Below are positions 35,538 to 48,796 of a DNA stretch of 64,000 nt, piece by piece; positions within the stretch are counted from its first letter, which is position 1; each line of letters begins with the position of its first letter. The position numbers and the translations under genes were made by a program. The DNA is taken from the NCBI GenBank assembly GCA_023920165.1, contig CP089278.1, forward strand, positions 620,001 to 684,000, written 5' to 3'. Source of the stretch: Curvularia clavata. Its lineage: Eukaryota. Below the pieces are notes generated by a model that was not told where the DNA came from, ran no database searches, and saw only the letters and a program-made list of their open reading frames with translations.

Positions 35538-37276
35538 ATGGCGCGCTTCACTCAAATTGCTGCTGTCTTGGCGGCTGCGACACTTAGCCATGCTCGTGCG
35601 CCCTTCGTCGTGGAGCGTCAGGTCCCTGCTGACCCAACTGGTGTCACGACGATCAAGTCTGCACAGGGTGCTGAGATTCGGTACAAGCAACCTGGTAAGG
35701 CTGGTGTTTGCGAGACTACTGAGGGTGTCGACGACTATGCCGGCTACATCAGTCTCAACCCTACGACCAATATGTTCTTTTGGTTCTTCGAAGCGCGTGA
35801 AAACCCGACTGAGAAGCCATTGGTGAGCAAGAACCATGTCTCCATCGCTGAACATGTGGTCGATCCTAACTAAGTTGTTAGACTCTTTGGTTGAACGGTG
35901 GGCCAGGAAGTGACTCTCTCATTGGTCTTTTCCAAGAACACGGTCCATGCAATGTCACTGAGGAATTGAAGACTCAGTTGAACCCTTACTCATGGAACGA
36001 GCGCAGCAACATGCTCTACCTCTCGCAACCTGTTGGTGTCGGCTTTTCGTATGAGACTACAGAGACGGACAGCGACGGCCGATACTCACTCGTTGATCCG
36101 GACACAACAAACACCACTGATGCTGCAGCCATTGGTGCGTGGCACATTCTCCAGGCCTTCCTGGATCTTAGCCCACAGCTCGACCCAGACATCACCAACT
36201 TCACATTCAATCTGTGGACTGAGAGGTAAGCTATTCAACAAAAATCTCAATCAGCACCAAGTTAAAACGTATCTAGCTACGGAGGTCATTACGGCCCGGC
36301 TTTCTACAACTACTTCTACAAGCAGAATGAGCTGATCAAAAACGGCTCTGCCCCTGGTGTAGAAGTCCAGATGGATACTCTTGGCATAATCAACGGAATC
36401 GTCGATGAGCAGATCCAGGCTCCGTACTACCCAGAGTTTGCTGTCAACAACACCTATGGCATCAAAGCGGTCAACGACACAGTCTACACCTTCATGAAGA
36501 ACGCTTATTATATGCCTGAAGGTTGCCATGACCAGATTGAGTACTGCAAGCAGTCCGATCGAACCACTGAGGACGGCTATTTGACCTGCTCATCCGCCAC
36601 CAACCTTTGCCGATCGCTGGTGGAGGAGCCATACTATGCGTTTGGAGGCCGAGGTGTATACGACATCCGTCACCCATACGATGACCCCACCCCACCTGAC
36701 TACTTCCAAGACTTCTTGAACCTCGCATCCACTCAGGAAGCCCTTGGTGTCAATATCAACTACACTAGCACTAACGCTCGCAACGTCTCGCGCGGATTTC
36801 AGCAAACGGGTGACTTCGTCTTCCCCAACTTCATTGGAGACCTTGAGGAGATTCTCTCATACGGTGTCCGTGTTGCTCTCCTGTACGGGGACGCCGACTA
36901 CATCTGCAACTGGTTCGGCGGTGAAGCCGTCTCCCTGGCCGTCAACTTCACTGACGCCGAAGCTTTCCGCGCTGCTGGCTACACACCCTTCCTCGTCGAT
37001 GGTGTCGAGTACGGTGAGGTGCGTGAATACGGCAACTTCTCCTTCACCAGGATCTACGAGGCCGGCCACGAGGTTCCTTACTACCAGCCTGTAGCCAGTC
37101 TGGAGCACTTCAAACGTGTGTTGGATCATGTTATCATCGCCGATGGCAGCAAGGTCGTTACCGATGACTATGGCACGAACGGTACAGCTAAGGCGACTCA
37201 TACTGAACCGTATGTCCCACTACCGCCTACAAGCACCCCAAGTGCTGCAAGCAGGGTCAAGAGAGCATATATGTAA
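35538..37276 (+). CDS. Secreted serine carboxypeptidase (peptidase S10, carboxypeptidase S1-like)
   Basis: Signal peptide MARFTQIAAVLAAATLSHA; FFWFFEAR, WLNGGPGSDS, SQPVGVGFSY. Catalytic TESYGGHY is split by intron 36226-36276; GDADYICN; AGHEVP. Confidence 0.93.
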
Positions 37277-37853
37277 TTGAAGGTGTATATAGAGTGTGAA
37301 CTACTTAGCGGTCGGTTCCAGTACTATTGGAAAGTGATAAACATAATACTCTACCGCCTTGTCTGATTCAAATGAATGAAATATCAAATACGTCTGAACA
37401 GGATCCTGCTCAGCTATTGTGAGTTACATGTGAAAATTTTAGGAAATGCTGAAGTGCCAAGATGCGCCTTTTGCTGCGGATCTGTGGAGGTGCTTGTGTG
37501 GCTTGGAGTTATTCTACATCAGGCTGGAGGGTTATGCCTTATGACGCTGTACATATCGACTTTACCCGCTCCGCCATGGAGGCCTCGCCAAGAGTATCGA
37601 ATACAAGGCGCAGTCACTCCTCCATTTTTAGAAGTCTTTTAAATTACTGGCCACTGGGAAGTTGGGGGGCTTTCATAAGGCGCACAGTGTACTCTAGCCT
37701 CGGCCCATGGGCGGCCTAATTGGTATGAGATGGACATTAACACAACTGGTTTTCGCCCGGATATTGAGTCGGCATTAGTGAATTTTGGTGTAGCAAAAGA
37801 CTCACCTTTTAATGCAACATATTTCGGCGACGCATAGTTGTTATGTACAATCC

Positions 37854-40431
37854 ATGGCGCCGTACGACAGGCCGCGATCGCAGTACAGAAGGTGTCGAGC
37901 TAATTCAGCCTTATGGGTATCGGTAAGATTCCTCGTAATGCCTCATACTCAGGATGTTATACAAACGTTGATTCAGTCAAGCATCACCTAACGGTCCAGA
38001 GAGCGGTAGAGGTAGTACTGACACTGGACGCAATCTATCATCCTCGAAGTTACTTCCCTTTCTGAATATTAGGCCAAAACCGTCAGAAGACAGGGGCAAT
38101 CCCTTTCCTTTGCTTAAGCGAAATTTCTATGACCGACTCTCCACAAGTAGCTTTCTGCCCTCAGGATGGCGTGCCGGCGCACTCGGTGCGTTGACCGGAA
38201 CAATCATTGTATTGATTCTGAACCTCGCGATTACCATTTGGGTTGCGGCAAACCCCGACTTTGAAGTTGAGGATGCTGTCGGTACTATATACCGTGGAAA
38301 CTGTGCGGTCGTCAGAAATAGAAACGTTTGGATACACCTACTTGTCAACGTGAGTTAACAGTTCTTAGTGGCATACCATCATGCTGACGACTTGCTAAGG
38401 TCTTGAGCACGCTGCTCCTGTGTGGAAGTAACTACGTCATGCAAGTTCTCGCAGCGCCAAACAGAGAAGACGTCGATCGCGCTCACGCCCAACGTCGTTG
38501 GCTGCACATTGGCGTTCCGAACCTTCGCAACCTGAGGTATATCCGGAGAGATCGAGTCGTCATCTACGCCTTACTGTTTCTGTCATCGGTACCTCTACAT
38601 CTATTTTTCAACTCTGTGGTCTTCACACGTCTTCAATCAAACATGTACTTCGCATTGCCCACCACAGCCGACTGGATTGAGGGAGACAAATATAATTATG
38701 CTAATTTTATCGACTACCAAGGTAACGAAAATAGAACCGTGGTGCAGGATTTCGAGAAGTATCGCATCAACCTAACCGATACCGTAACAACAGGCGACGG
38801 TAACGTGGTACCCAGATATCAGAACCTGAGCACTGAAGAATGTTTCAACGTGTACGACAAACATTACGTTTCTGATTTCGGTAACGTATACCTCGTGCAA
38901 ACCGAGCCAGTTGTTTGGAGAAATCCAGCTAAATGGGAACTGCGGCGCTTAAACTCAAACGAATTCGAATGGGCGCCGTATACCATTAATTCGACATCGG
39001 ATGATCAAAAAAACAATACTTATGAGCTACAGCAGTTCAACTACAGCCTTCCGTTTCAAAGCTCACCACGTATATACCCATCGAACATATGGCGATGTGA
39101 ATCTCATGTCAACACTGGGTGTAAGTTAATTCAAGAACACTCCTGTAAATTTAAGCTATGATGCTCATAAAATTGAACCAATAGGCGATCCCGATAACCC
39201 AATCGAAGTACCAAAGGATCGATCGCAATGGAGTCCCTATGGAAGTGAAGTGAAATACTGTCTAGCGGAGCGAGTCGGAGAGTTCTGCGAACTACAATTC
39301 AGCTTTGCCATTGCAATACTAGTCATTGTAGCAAACCTAGTCAAAGCTATCTGTATCGCTTTCACCCTGTTCAAATACAAAAACCACGAAGCTCTCGTCA
39401 CAATCGGAGACGCAATCGCCAGCTTTCTCGATAATCCAGATCCGACGACAACAGGACGGTGTTTGCAAACAAGGCGACATGTGGAGTTATGGTGGAATTG
39501 GAATGAATGGGCCATGGAAAACCCCGTCATGGCAAGAAAAAGGGATCGCAGAAGATTTAGATCTAGAAGACGAAGATGGGCAATGGCGCCCAGCGAGGCG
39601 AGGTGGGTGGCAACGTACTGGTCGTAAGTCGTTACGCTCTTGTCCAGAGATACCAGCTAACCCTGCTATAGATACGGCGCCTTAGTCATAGCAGGCATTG
39701 CCCTATCTGTTGCCTCAATGAAGAACATGCCTACAGACCCCAAAAAGCTCTGGGCAACGGGCTTCGGCGCCATCCAAGGCAACAATCTCCTCAAATTCGA
39801 AACCTCGCTTCTGGGTGGAGTGCTCCTAGCCAATACGCCCCAAGCACTCCTTTCATACATGTATCTTGCTTTCAACGCGCTTTACACAACGATGTTCATT
39901 TCCGCTGAATGGGCAAGTTACAGCGTTTACCGCAAGCCCCTCCGCGTCACAAAACCAGTGGGTCAACAACGCTCTACATACTGGCTTGGCGTGCCATACC
40001 GATACGCAATACCAGTGACCATAGTATCTGGCTTGTTCCACTGGCTCGCCTCCCAAAGCTTGTTTAAAGTCCAGATCTCTGTGACTGACATGCGCACACG
40101 AAAGGTCATAGATCAGATCTCGACGTGCGGCTACTCGCCCATGGCAATTATCCTGACTATGGTAGTTGCAGCTGTCCTCGCATTGGGCGGCATCGGCATC
40201 AGTGCAATTCGTTTCCCAACGGGAATGCCGCTTGTATCCAGTAACTCGGCAGCTATCAGTGCAGGATGCCATCCACTGCCAGAAGATAGTGATGCAAGTG
40301 TGCAGCCCGTGCAATGGGGCGCAGTCCACCATGGCAACGAGCCGGGAGCAATTCGATATGAGCCGGTTGGACATTGTTGTTTTTCGAGTTTCCCGGTTGA
40401 GCCGCCTATCGAAGGGAATTTGTATACATGA
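37854..40431 (+). CDS. DUF6536-type multi-pass membrane protein (multi-exon; start approximate)
   Basis: GWRAGA..VLILNLAITIW..IHLLVN|VLSTLLLCGSNYVMQVLAAPNREDVDRAH..WLHIGVPNLRNL; LVTIGDAIASFL; GQQRSTYWLGVPYRY; SNSAAISAGCHP. Confidence 0.82.
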
Positions 40432-40492
40432 GCTGTATTCTAGTTTATCTTTCCGTCTTACATATAGCTAGCCCTCTCTCGATAGTGATAAT

Positions 40493-41134
40493 TTATAATT
40501 CCCTCTTAACATGCCACATGTCTGCCGGCGCCGCCCACGCAATCACAATCCCCATTGCATCCTTGTACTCCTGTGACTTCAGCAAATCCTCAAAACACTG
40601 CATACTTTGCCACCCCCTCGCTACAACAAAACAGCGCGCCTTCTCTCCCTTTAAACTTTCATGCTCCTGCTCCTCCAGCACCCAGCCATACGCCATGCCA
40701 CCGTTGCCCTGTGCAGCAACCAAACACTTCTCATCAAACACATTGAAATCTTTCTCAATCTTAGCGCAGAACTCAGACGTGGCGCGCGAGGCTGGAAAGT
40801 ATATCTTGACGAATTCGATGATAGGTGAGACCATGGGGCCTGTTTCCCCGAATAAAGGAGTCTCGGATGTAAAATTTACGTGGAGCATTTTATCCGGAGA
40901 GCCTAGTGCGGAGAGCACTGTGCTGCGGTACTCGTTCGCGGCGGGCGTGGATTCGGCTTGTGGATCGTGCCATTCTGATGTCAGTTGGAGTTTACGTTCG
41001 TCCTGGATGTGGGTGCCTAGGAGGTAGTTCTCAGGGGCTTTAGTGTCTTTGAGTGCTTGGAGTGCTGCGTGAGCTTGGGTTTCGGCGGCTGAGGCTGAGG
41101 GTTGCTGGAATTGGATGATTTGAGTTATGGTCAT
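40493..41134 (-). CDS. Dimeric alpha-beta barrel (ABM-like) protein
   Basis: Intronless 213-aa ORF with fungal family-like motifs: LGTHIQD..LQLTSEW, SPIIEFVKIYFP, AYGWVLEE, GWQSMQCF, terminal MWHV. Confidence 0.7.
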   Translation of the reverse strand: MTITQIIQFQQPSASAAETQAHAALQALKDTKAPENYLLGTHIQDERKLQLTSEWHDPQAESTPAANEYRSTVLSALGSPDKMLHVNFTSETPLFGETGPMVSPIIEFVKIYFPASRATSEFCAKIEKDFNVFDEKCLVAAQGNGGMAYGWVLEEQEHESLKGEKARCFVVARGWQSMQCFEDLLKSQEYKDAMGIVIAWAAPADMWHVKREL

Positions 41135-41291
41135 TGTGGCAGCGGAGTAAACCCTTTAGTTCTTTTGAGTTTGGTGTATTGATTACAATTGGTTATATCG
41201 GTTTTGCCGTTTTATATGAGAATATGCTGATGAGGCTATGACAAACTCGTGGCTACGGAGAGAGCGAGCTTTTTAGTCCATGGTAACCAGC

Positions 41292-41563
41292 CACCCGGTG
41301 GACAAAATAACGCGGACTCTCAACATGGCTTGGCCCATCAAAATCACTGCAAGCTACCAAGAACATCAAAACTTCTTCACTTTATAAGCCTAGAAAGCTT
41401 CTATAGAGTAAAAAATATACATTAAAAACTATAGGGATATTTTCTTTGTATCTTGATGTATAGTATGCGTTTTGAAAATCATTGAAAGAACTAAAGAGGT
41501 CGGATATTTATTGATGTGAAGCGCAAGCTATCTAGGAGTCCGCGTTATTATGTCCACCGGGTG
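41292..41563. mobile_element. MITE-like non-autonomous element with 28-bp inverted repeats
   Basis: CACCCGGTGGACAAAATAACGCGGACTC (41292-41319) matches the reverse complement of 41536-41563 at 27/28 positions. AT-rich non-coding interior. Confidence 0.6.
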
Positions 41564-42544
41564 TCAGCTACCAGTACTTTCGGCCGACTGGTAAGGTCGG
41601 ATTTAAAATTCCCCAATACCGACAGTGGAAAAGCCGCTTAGAAATGTCCACTCTGCTACAGCCTTGCAGAGTAGTATTTTGCTTGAATCTACTTAGATAT
41701 AGTAAATCTAGAGGATGTACTTTTATTCTATCTAATTTCCATAAAAGATTTAGTCGCCCTGGTGTTGATTATTCAAAGTAAGGATAACAAGTCTAAGTGG
41801 GCGAGCCTGGTTGTTCTGATATATCCGGGTTTACTGATCGGCCGAGAGATGGTACTTACTATGGCTTGGCTGCTCCTGTCCTCGCCTTCACAGCTCTGAT
41901 GGAATTCTGTACCATAGCAAGATGCACCAGCCACACAGTATACGCCTCAGCATCATTGATTTCGCTATGCGTCTTTCCCTGAATCAGTTTGCCAATCACT
42001 GAGTCATGAATTGCCCACATGCACCTTTCCCCCAGCGGCAACTCGCTATAAGCGACACTGTGCGATGTCCCACTTATGACACGTCGCGCACTGCACTTCC
42101 CCATCCCGCTGTTGCATATTTTCTTTGTGGAGACACGGGAATCTCGCCATGGCGCACGTCCAAGTGCGCGAGAGCCGCCGAGCAACTAACCCCCAACTAG
42201 AAGCGCATCCTCTTCTCCTAAAAGCGAAGGTCATGTCTGGTGATGTCACCACCACAGTGGCGAAATGCACGCTTGAAAGATGTCAAAAATGCGGTGAGCA
42301 AACTGTTGTCTAGAAGAGACGCAGCGATTATTCTAGAGTATTGTATGTATACGTCGTATTATCTAAGTCCATGTTTCGTAGCGTCGTCGTAAGATGATAG
42401 AGGAAAAAAAAATACAAACTCCATACTCCATGTAAATGCGTGACTCGCTTGCTATTTGAAAACAAAACAATGAAAATGTCAGCCGCGGCCACGAGGGCCG
42501 CTCTATGCGCGCAAAATATTCTATCAAAACCAACACGAAAGTGG

Positions 42545-45307
42545 CTAGAAGCTGAAGAGTCCTGATCTTCTCTTGCCAAGCGGGTACACAATAAGCGCAG
42601 CCAAGAACAGACCGACGGTGATACCGATGGCAATCTGCACAACGGAAAAGCCTACATCGAGTGCGATGGAATTGATGGAACTGCCAGAACCAACATCCGA
42701 CCCACTGATAGTCGTCGCATTTCCAGTGCTGTTGCGTACAATTTGATCAGCCGAGATGAGACCAGACACAAGTGACCCCTGAACGCTGAGGCCAGAAGGA
42801 ACCTGCACGAAGATCGCTGGCAACATAGCAGCAGCAGCCAAGCCGTAGCCGATTTTGCGAGTGTGAGGTACGAATTCGCTGATCGAGCTGGCCCTCGAGG
42901 TGTGGCCACTGCTGCTGCGTGTAGGATCGTAATCTGAACGCTCGACCTTGGGGGCGCGAAGCGGTCCCTGGCTCTTCCTGAAATACATCTTGCGCAACTT
43001 GACGAAGCGCGGGCGCAGCTTGTCCTCCCATGTGTCGAGACACCAGTTCTCAATGTGGCGACCAAAGCGAGCATGTACATTGGCAGCAATGCCGATGGCG
43101 AGGGCACCAAGGGTGTTGCTAACTTGGGCGTTGTTCTTGAAGTACTTGGAGCTCTGGAAATTGACTACCCAGCCGATGAATGCAATGACGGTCATTGAAG
43201 GCATCTGCTTGTACTTGGCTTGATTGACAATTTGAAGACAAATTGCGAATGCCGGAACAAAGAGATAGTAAAAGTTTGTCGACATGGGATCGTGACACGT
43301 TGTACGGGAGGTTGCGTTTTTATCCATCATGCCGTACAAGACTGTACCGATAGTGATGCCGAATCCTAGGAAAAGGGAGTAGATGATTGCGTATACCATG
43401 CGAACTGAGCCAGCGACGATATGCTTGCTTTGTAGTTCGAGCGAGGCACAGAGAACCATGAAACCTGGCAGGATGAGGGCGATACTGGACTGCGCCATAG
43501 CACTGAAGCAGAAAATCTCCTTGCCGTCGTGGCGGATGGATCCGAGTGCTCGTGCGGCGAAGCTGGTGATGACTGATGCGCCGATTTCGAAGACGTTGCT
43601 GATGAGATCATTGCCCGGAGCCACAACAAGCTGCAACCATCCTATGAGGCAGCCCAGCAAGAAGCAAAAGGGAAGATCGATAAATCGAGCCTGGAAGGCA
43701 AAAGGTCCGACGGTGGCGGATGCTAAGCCATACATTGGCACTCTCAGCCATTTATTGAACTTGGCTTTGCGAGTGATTATGGCATCAAGGCGTGGTATAG
43801 CTTCTTCAACACCAATGCGATCATGAACGACGTCTTTGTAGATCTCATGCACATCGCGCAACTTTCCAAGGTCGACACCTTGACTTGTACGAACGAGCTT
43901 GACCTCGCTAGTGTGAACTGAAGAGTCATCGAATGCAATGATCATGCAGCCCGGCATGTATAGAAACTGTGCCTCGATCTCCAGAACACGAGCAGACATG
44001 CTTAGATATTCCTCAAGACGATGTGTAGGTGCACCGTACATCATCAACGCCTTGCAGAGCTTGCGCAGGTAATTCTGACGCGCCAGGGTACCAGCCAGAT
44101 GGATCTTGATCCTAATCTCTTCCTCCTTTCTCCTGGCCTTCTTGAACCCCAGAATGGACTCGTCGGACTTGGTTCGCTTTCCCATCCCCGGGCGAACCTT
44201 CTTGTACTGTTCATCCAATTCATGAGCAATATCCTTATGTGCCGGAGTAGTAAAGCTGTGCGCTGATGACCCAACCAATTGTGAAACAGACGTCGCGGAT
44301 TGATTGTGGTGATGGCTTCGGAACCAAGAGCGACCCCCACGTGGGGTTGAGTATCCGGAGACAGGGGGCGATGGATTTGGTGAATTGGCTGCCGTCGATG
44401 CCCCGCTGAATGTGCCGGTGCTGAGACTTCGATGGAGAGTACCTTTGCGTGATGAAGGGGCTGGGGCGTTACTTGACATCTTCATAAGAGTACCAAGAAC
44501 TCCTGTTCGATATTTGGCAGGACGAGCGACACGCTGGTCCTCGATTTCCAGCGCATCTGGTGTAACCTGACCAGATTGAAGCGGTGTGTTGATGTGGTAA
44601 AGGTCTTCAGGAATAAGAGGAGGTTGGTTGTTGGCTTCTCGGATGGTATGTTGGCGGAGGATCATAGAAGCACGCTTCATGAATCGAGGATCGTCTTCAT
44701 CGTCATCGGTTGTTTCGCCCAGGGACTCGTGGTGCTGTGACAGGTTTTGAAGCTCAACCGGTGGGGAGATAAGCTCTTTGGAGTTACGTCGTGATGCAGG
44801 AGCAGAGTATGTACCGACTGATTTGGATAATCTTGCCGCACGGCGTTGAGCAGCGAGGCCAGAACGCTCTTTAAGGTCCTGTCCTATCGAAGGCCGTCTG
44901 GATGATGCATTGTCGTCAAAAGGATTAGGTTGGTCGTTGAGGTAGAACTCTGGTGGGGGTGTTCGGGGAGCAGGTTTTCGAATAGCTGGGCGTGGCTTCT
45001 GTACATCCTTGGATGCAACAGGTTCCTGGATGACTTCTTCGGGAAGGTTTGCGTTTCCAAGAGCTAACCGCAGTGAAGCCCGGATTTTCTGGAGATCATC
45101 GTGTGAAACATCTGAACGTTCGAGGGGTGTGTTGTGTCCTGCAGATCCAGTGTCTTCCGGCGAATGACCTGAGCGGCCGGCGGGTTCTGAGCGACCAGCA
45201 GGCTCTGAGCTCCAGCCAACACGCTTCCTGTTAGGAGTGGCAGACATTGGTTCCTCCGAGTCGAGATGGTTCTGACGAGAAGAGCCAGCATCTTGAAAGG
45301 GGTTCAT
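42545..45307 (-). CDS. PRM10: Pheromone-regulated membrane protein Prm10 (ThrE/DUF1212 family)
   Basis: KLCKALMMYGAPTHRLEEY, QGVDLGKL, QSSIALILPG, SKHIVAGSVRMVYAIIYSLFLGFGITIG, end GKRRSGLFSF. First ATG at 45307. Confidence 0.9.
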   Translation of the reverse strand: MNPFQDAGSSRQNHLDSEEPMSATPNRKRVGWSSEPAGRSEPAGRSGHSPEDTGSAGHNTPLERSDVSHDDLQKIRASLRLALGNANLPEEVIQEPVASKDVQKPRPAIRKPAPRTPPPEFYLNDQPNPFDDNASSRRPSIGQDLKERSGLAAQRRAARLSKSVGTYSAPASRRNSKELISPPVELQNLSQHHESLGETTDDDEDDPRFMKRASMILRQHTIREANNQPPLIPEDLYHINTPLQSGQVTPDALEIEDQRVARPAKYRTGVLGTLMKMSSNAPAPSSRKGTLHRSLSTGTFSGASTAANSPNPSPPVSGYSTPRGGRSWFRSHHHNQSATSVSQLVGSSAHSFTTPAHKDIAHELDEQYKKVRPGMGKRTKSDESILGFKKARRKEEEIRIKIHLAGTLARQNYLRKLCKALMMYGAPTHRLEEYLSMSARVLEIEAQFLYMPGCMIIAFDDSSVHTSEVKLVRTSQGVDLGKLRDVHEIYKDVVHDRIGVEEAIPRLDAIITRKAKFNKWLRVPMYGLASATVGPFAFQARFIDLPFCFLLGCLIGWLQLVVAPGNDLISNVFEIGASVITSFAARALGSIRHDGKEIFCFSAMAQSSIALILPGFMVLCASLELQSKHIVAGSVRMVYAIIYSLFLGFGITIGTVLYGMMDKNATSRTTCHDPMSTNFYYLFVPAFAICLQIVNQAKYKQMPSMTVIAFIGWVVNFQSSKYFKNNAQVSNTLGALAIGIAANVHARFGRHIENWCLDTWEDKLRPRFVKLRKMYFRKSQGPLRAPKVERSDYDPTRSSSGHTSRASSISEFVPHTRKIGYGLAAAAMLPAIFVQVPSGLSVQGSLVSGLISADQIVRNSTGNATTISGSDVGSGSSINSIALDVGFSVVQIAIGITVGLFLAALIVYPLGKRRSGLFSF

Positions 45308-47361
45308 CTTGTTTTGTATTGTTTGGGCACTATCGTGGGGACTAGTTGGGCTCGTCAGAACGGACCACTCGACTCGTAGCAATCTGTAACGCGCCGAGTT
45401 CCGTTATTAGACACAGATAACGTTGCACGTGGTGCCTTGTGCACGTACGATAGCCCTTCGGCGGTTCTTAATACGTAGCCAGTCTACGGTCCAGAACCGT
45501 TCACGCGCCTAATGGTGGAGCTTCAGTGAATGGTGCGTGATCCCGAAGAATCCGCAGGTATCGGTGGATAAATTAGCGGATAGGGACCGCCTCTTGTTAT
45601 TGGAGACACTAGTCGGGTGGTGTACTCTTTAGTGAACGATAGATAAAACACTTTGAGAAATGGTGATGTATAGGCTGGTGATGGGATTTTGCAAGGGAAG
45701 GCCACCCTTTGAGAATTGCATAGGATTGATAAGAGCCACTAGCGCGGGGGCGTGCTGCATGCGTAAGAACAAGAACGTCAAGCTGAAAGTTCTCAAACTC
45801 TGTAGTGGCGGAAATGACCCAATTTTTCTCACGGAAACCCTGCGGCCAGAATGTTCGGTGTTGGGTTCAGCAGGTTAGCTAAATCAGGGTGGAGCCAGTC
45901 CTACTAGCCAAAGGCCAAGATCCCTGAGCATTGCAGCGGGAGCGACTGCACTGGCGTTGAGTTTATTTTAGGGAAATCGGCGCGAGATGGGTGGTTTCCG
46001 GCTTTAAAGATTACGTGGTTCAAGGGCTGACCGAGTGCAAAGATTTTCCATGAAGGCCTGTTGAAAGCTGCTTACGAGTACTTCCACAAGCATACATATG
46101 CCTAGCACAAGACTGCATTACGCTCGCCAATACTTGGGATTGACGACACAAGACGGAGCGCAGATGCCGCAATGGCCAGGATTTGCAGTTGTCCACTCCA
46201 GGTCGGTAGCTGGCGCGGCAGAAAAGTGGACATTTTGTGCCATAGCTTGGCAGGAGTCTAATGAGGAAAACCGAGATAAGGAGACAGTGGGTATAACTGG
46301 GTCGCCCAAGCCTGGCTGTGCTCTTCCGCCCAATGATTACCACTCTAGGGGTGTCGTGGAAACGAGCTTTGAAGCACCGTGAGAGACCATCAGTGGAGCT
46401 ATAGTGCCGTCGCATCGATCGAGAACCTGCGGCTCTGTAATCCTATCTGGCACCTAAATTTTCATCGGCAAAAGCGAGGAGGACAGCAACATGTTGAGGG
46501 CTGGCGGTAGATAGCAGGAGGATGAATTGTTTGGCGCTGTGACGTTAATGGTGGTTCCCAGAGGTGGCAATTAAGAGGCTGAAAACCCTGGCAGGGCCGG
46601 TAAAGCTTGTTTGGGCGAAGCGGCGCCGGGAGCCCCTGCGTATCCCAACAACTACGACACACGCGAGAAGATCGGAGCGCGGATGTTTCGGCGGTGCCCC
46701 GAGCATCATCACATGCTGAAGAGAACCAGTAGTACGACGCGTCAGGTGGTAGGTGTAGCGTACGAATGAGAATGACGTCTACTGGATGATGGCGTGGGTG
46801 TTGAGTACTAGACACTGCGCCGGTCGTTGTCAGAGCCGTAGCTGTTGACGTCTCAAGCGCCTGTTGCTTGTTTTTGTTGACGCGTACATCACATGGTTTT
46901 GTACATGGTGGCAGCTGCAGAGTGGCTGTTAGTCGTGCTATGTCGTACTATGTACGAAGTAAAAGTCATTGTCATCTGAACACAGCCGCATCGTGGGAAA
47001 AAAGCATGCGTCATACGGAGTGTTGCAAAGGAAACAGTCACGTGAGGCTCATACGTCATATCCGACCATTGTCTCCAAACTCCTGACTCCACTATTGTGA
47101 TCTAACCTCGCTGCGCGACTCAGCTAGTCACGTGATCCAAAGCGCCTAATGCCGGCTACATGATGCTCCGCTCCGGGTTCTCATGTGGGGCCTGTCAAGA
47201 TCTTCCCCGCACTGTACGAAGAGACATCGATGAGATAGCCTTGGAGAAGGCTGGGGGCGGGGAATTGCTTGCCCCACCATGAGAGACATGTAATTAAAAT
47301 ATGCAGGTCTGCTTGCTTACATGGCTGCAGCCCTCACCGTTGCAAGAATACGACTACTACC

Positions 47362-48796
47362 ATGCCGAAACTTAATCACGTACGTTGTTTAGTCTCGACA
47401 TACTCGTGCTGTGCAGTAGTGACTTGTGTAGATTGTCATTGTTGGCGCTGGGCCTTCGGGTCTCTTGCTAGGCATTTTGCTGGCGAAGAACCTCGGTATC
47501 AAAGTTACCATCCTAGACGCCGATGCTAAGATCAATGGTAATCCCCGAGCCGCTCATTACGCGCCATCTGCAGTTTACGACTTTCATCGTGCTGGTATCA
47601 TCGACGATGTGCGCGCAAAAGGATTCTCGCCCAAAGGTGTATGTTGGCGACTCCAAGACGGGACCTTCTTGGGCGGTATGGGCCGTGAGCCAGAAGACAA
47701 CAAGTACGCCATGGTCGTTCTGCCACTGGATCGGCTTGGTCCATTGCTTGTAAAGCATTTTGAGAGTTATTCTGGCACCCAGATCCTGTGGGGACACAAG
47801 CTGGTAGGCGTAGAGCAGGACGAGAACGGTGCGACAGCAGTAATAGAGACAACGGAAGGAGAAAAGAAAAAGATATCCGGGGATTACCTAGTCGGTGCGG
47901 ATGGTGCTTCGAGTGGTGTCCGTACTGCCTTGTTCGGTAAAGAGTATCCCGGAGAGACGCTTTCGGCACAAATCGTAGCTACCAATGTATGTTCATTCAA
48001 ATTTAAGGAAACAGTCAACTGACACTCCAGGTTTACCTTCCATTTGACGAGCGTTTTGGATACTGGGATTCGAATTTCATCGTCCACCCAACTGACTGGT
48101 ATATGGCCGCCAAGATTACAACTGATGGACTTTGGCGGGTCACATATGGCGACTCAGAGGGCCTTTCGAAAGACGAACTGGTGAAGCGTCAGCCGCTCCG
48201 CTACGAGCAAATACTTCCTGGAAAGCCAAAACCTCATGAGTACAAACTCATCAGCATGAGCCCTTACAAGCTCCAGCAAAGATGCGCTCCGAGTTTCAGA
48301 GTCGGAAAGATCTTACTGGTAGCTGATGCGGCTCATCTATGCAATCCTTTGTAAGTGTTTTTAGCTTCGTATTTGCCATCTCTACTAACCTTACTTCTTC
48401 AGCGGCGGCCTGGGTTTGACCGGTGGCTTTGCTGACGTCGGTTCTCTTTATGACTGCTTCATGGGCATCCATCTTGACGAGCTCGACGAGTCTATCCTTG
48501 ATCGTTATTCAGAAATTCGCATCAAGATCTGGCGTGAGATGATCGATCCCATGTCGCGTGAGAATTTCCACCGCCTTTGGGACCCTGCCCACGAAGAGAA
48601 GCGGAAGGAGTTCTTTGCAATGTGTGAAAAGGCCAACAATGATCCCGTGTGGGGAAAGAGTATTGCCGAGAGCATTCATCAAGTGAGACATGATTTCACG
48701 CAGTATTTCAAGAGCAAGCAGAAAACAGAGGGGAAGGGTATGGAGGAGATGAGAGCTAGTAACGGGGTGGTGGCTGAGAATAGCGCGGCCGCATGA
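47362..48796 (+). CDS. FAD-dependent monooxygenase (FAD_binding_3, aromatic hydroxylase type)
   Basis: MPKLNH|IVIVGAGPSG Rossmann motif, YLVGADGASSGVR (DG motif), LLVADAAHLCNPF|GGLGLTGG (GD-type motif). Three introns (~47380-47431, 47987-48030, 48350-48402). Confidence 0.9.

Noticed and set aside
45170..45212. SEPAGR-SEPAGR duplication in PRM10
   Set aside because: Ordinary short duplication in a disordered N-terminus, with synonymous divergence.
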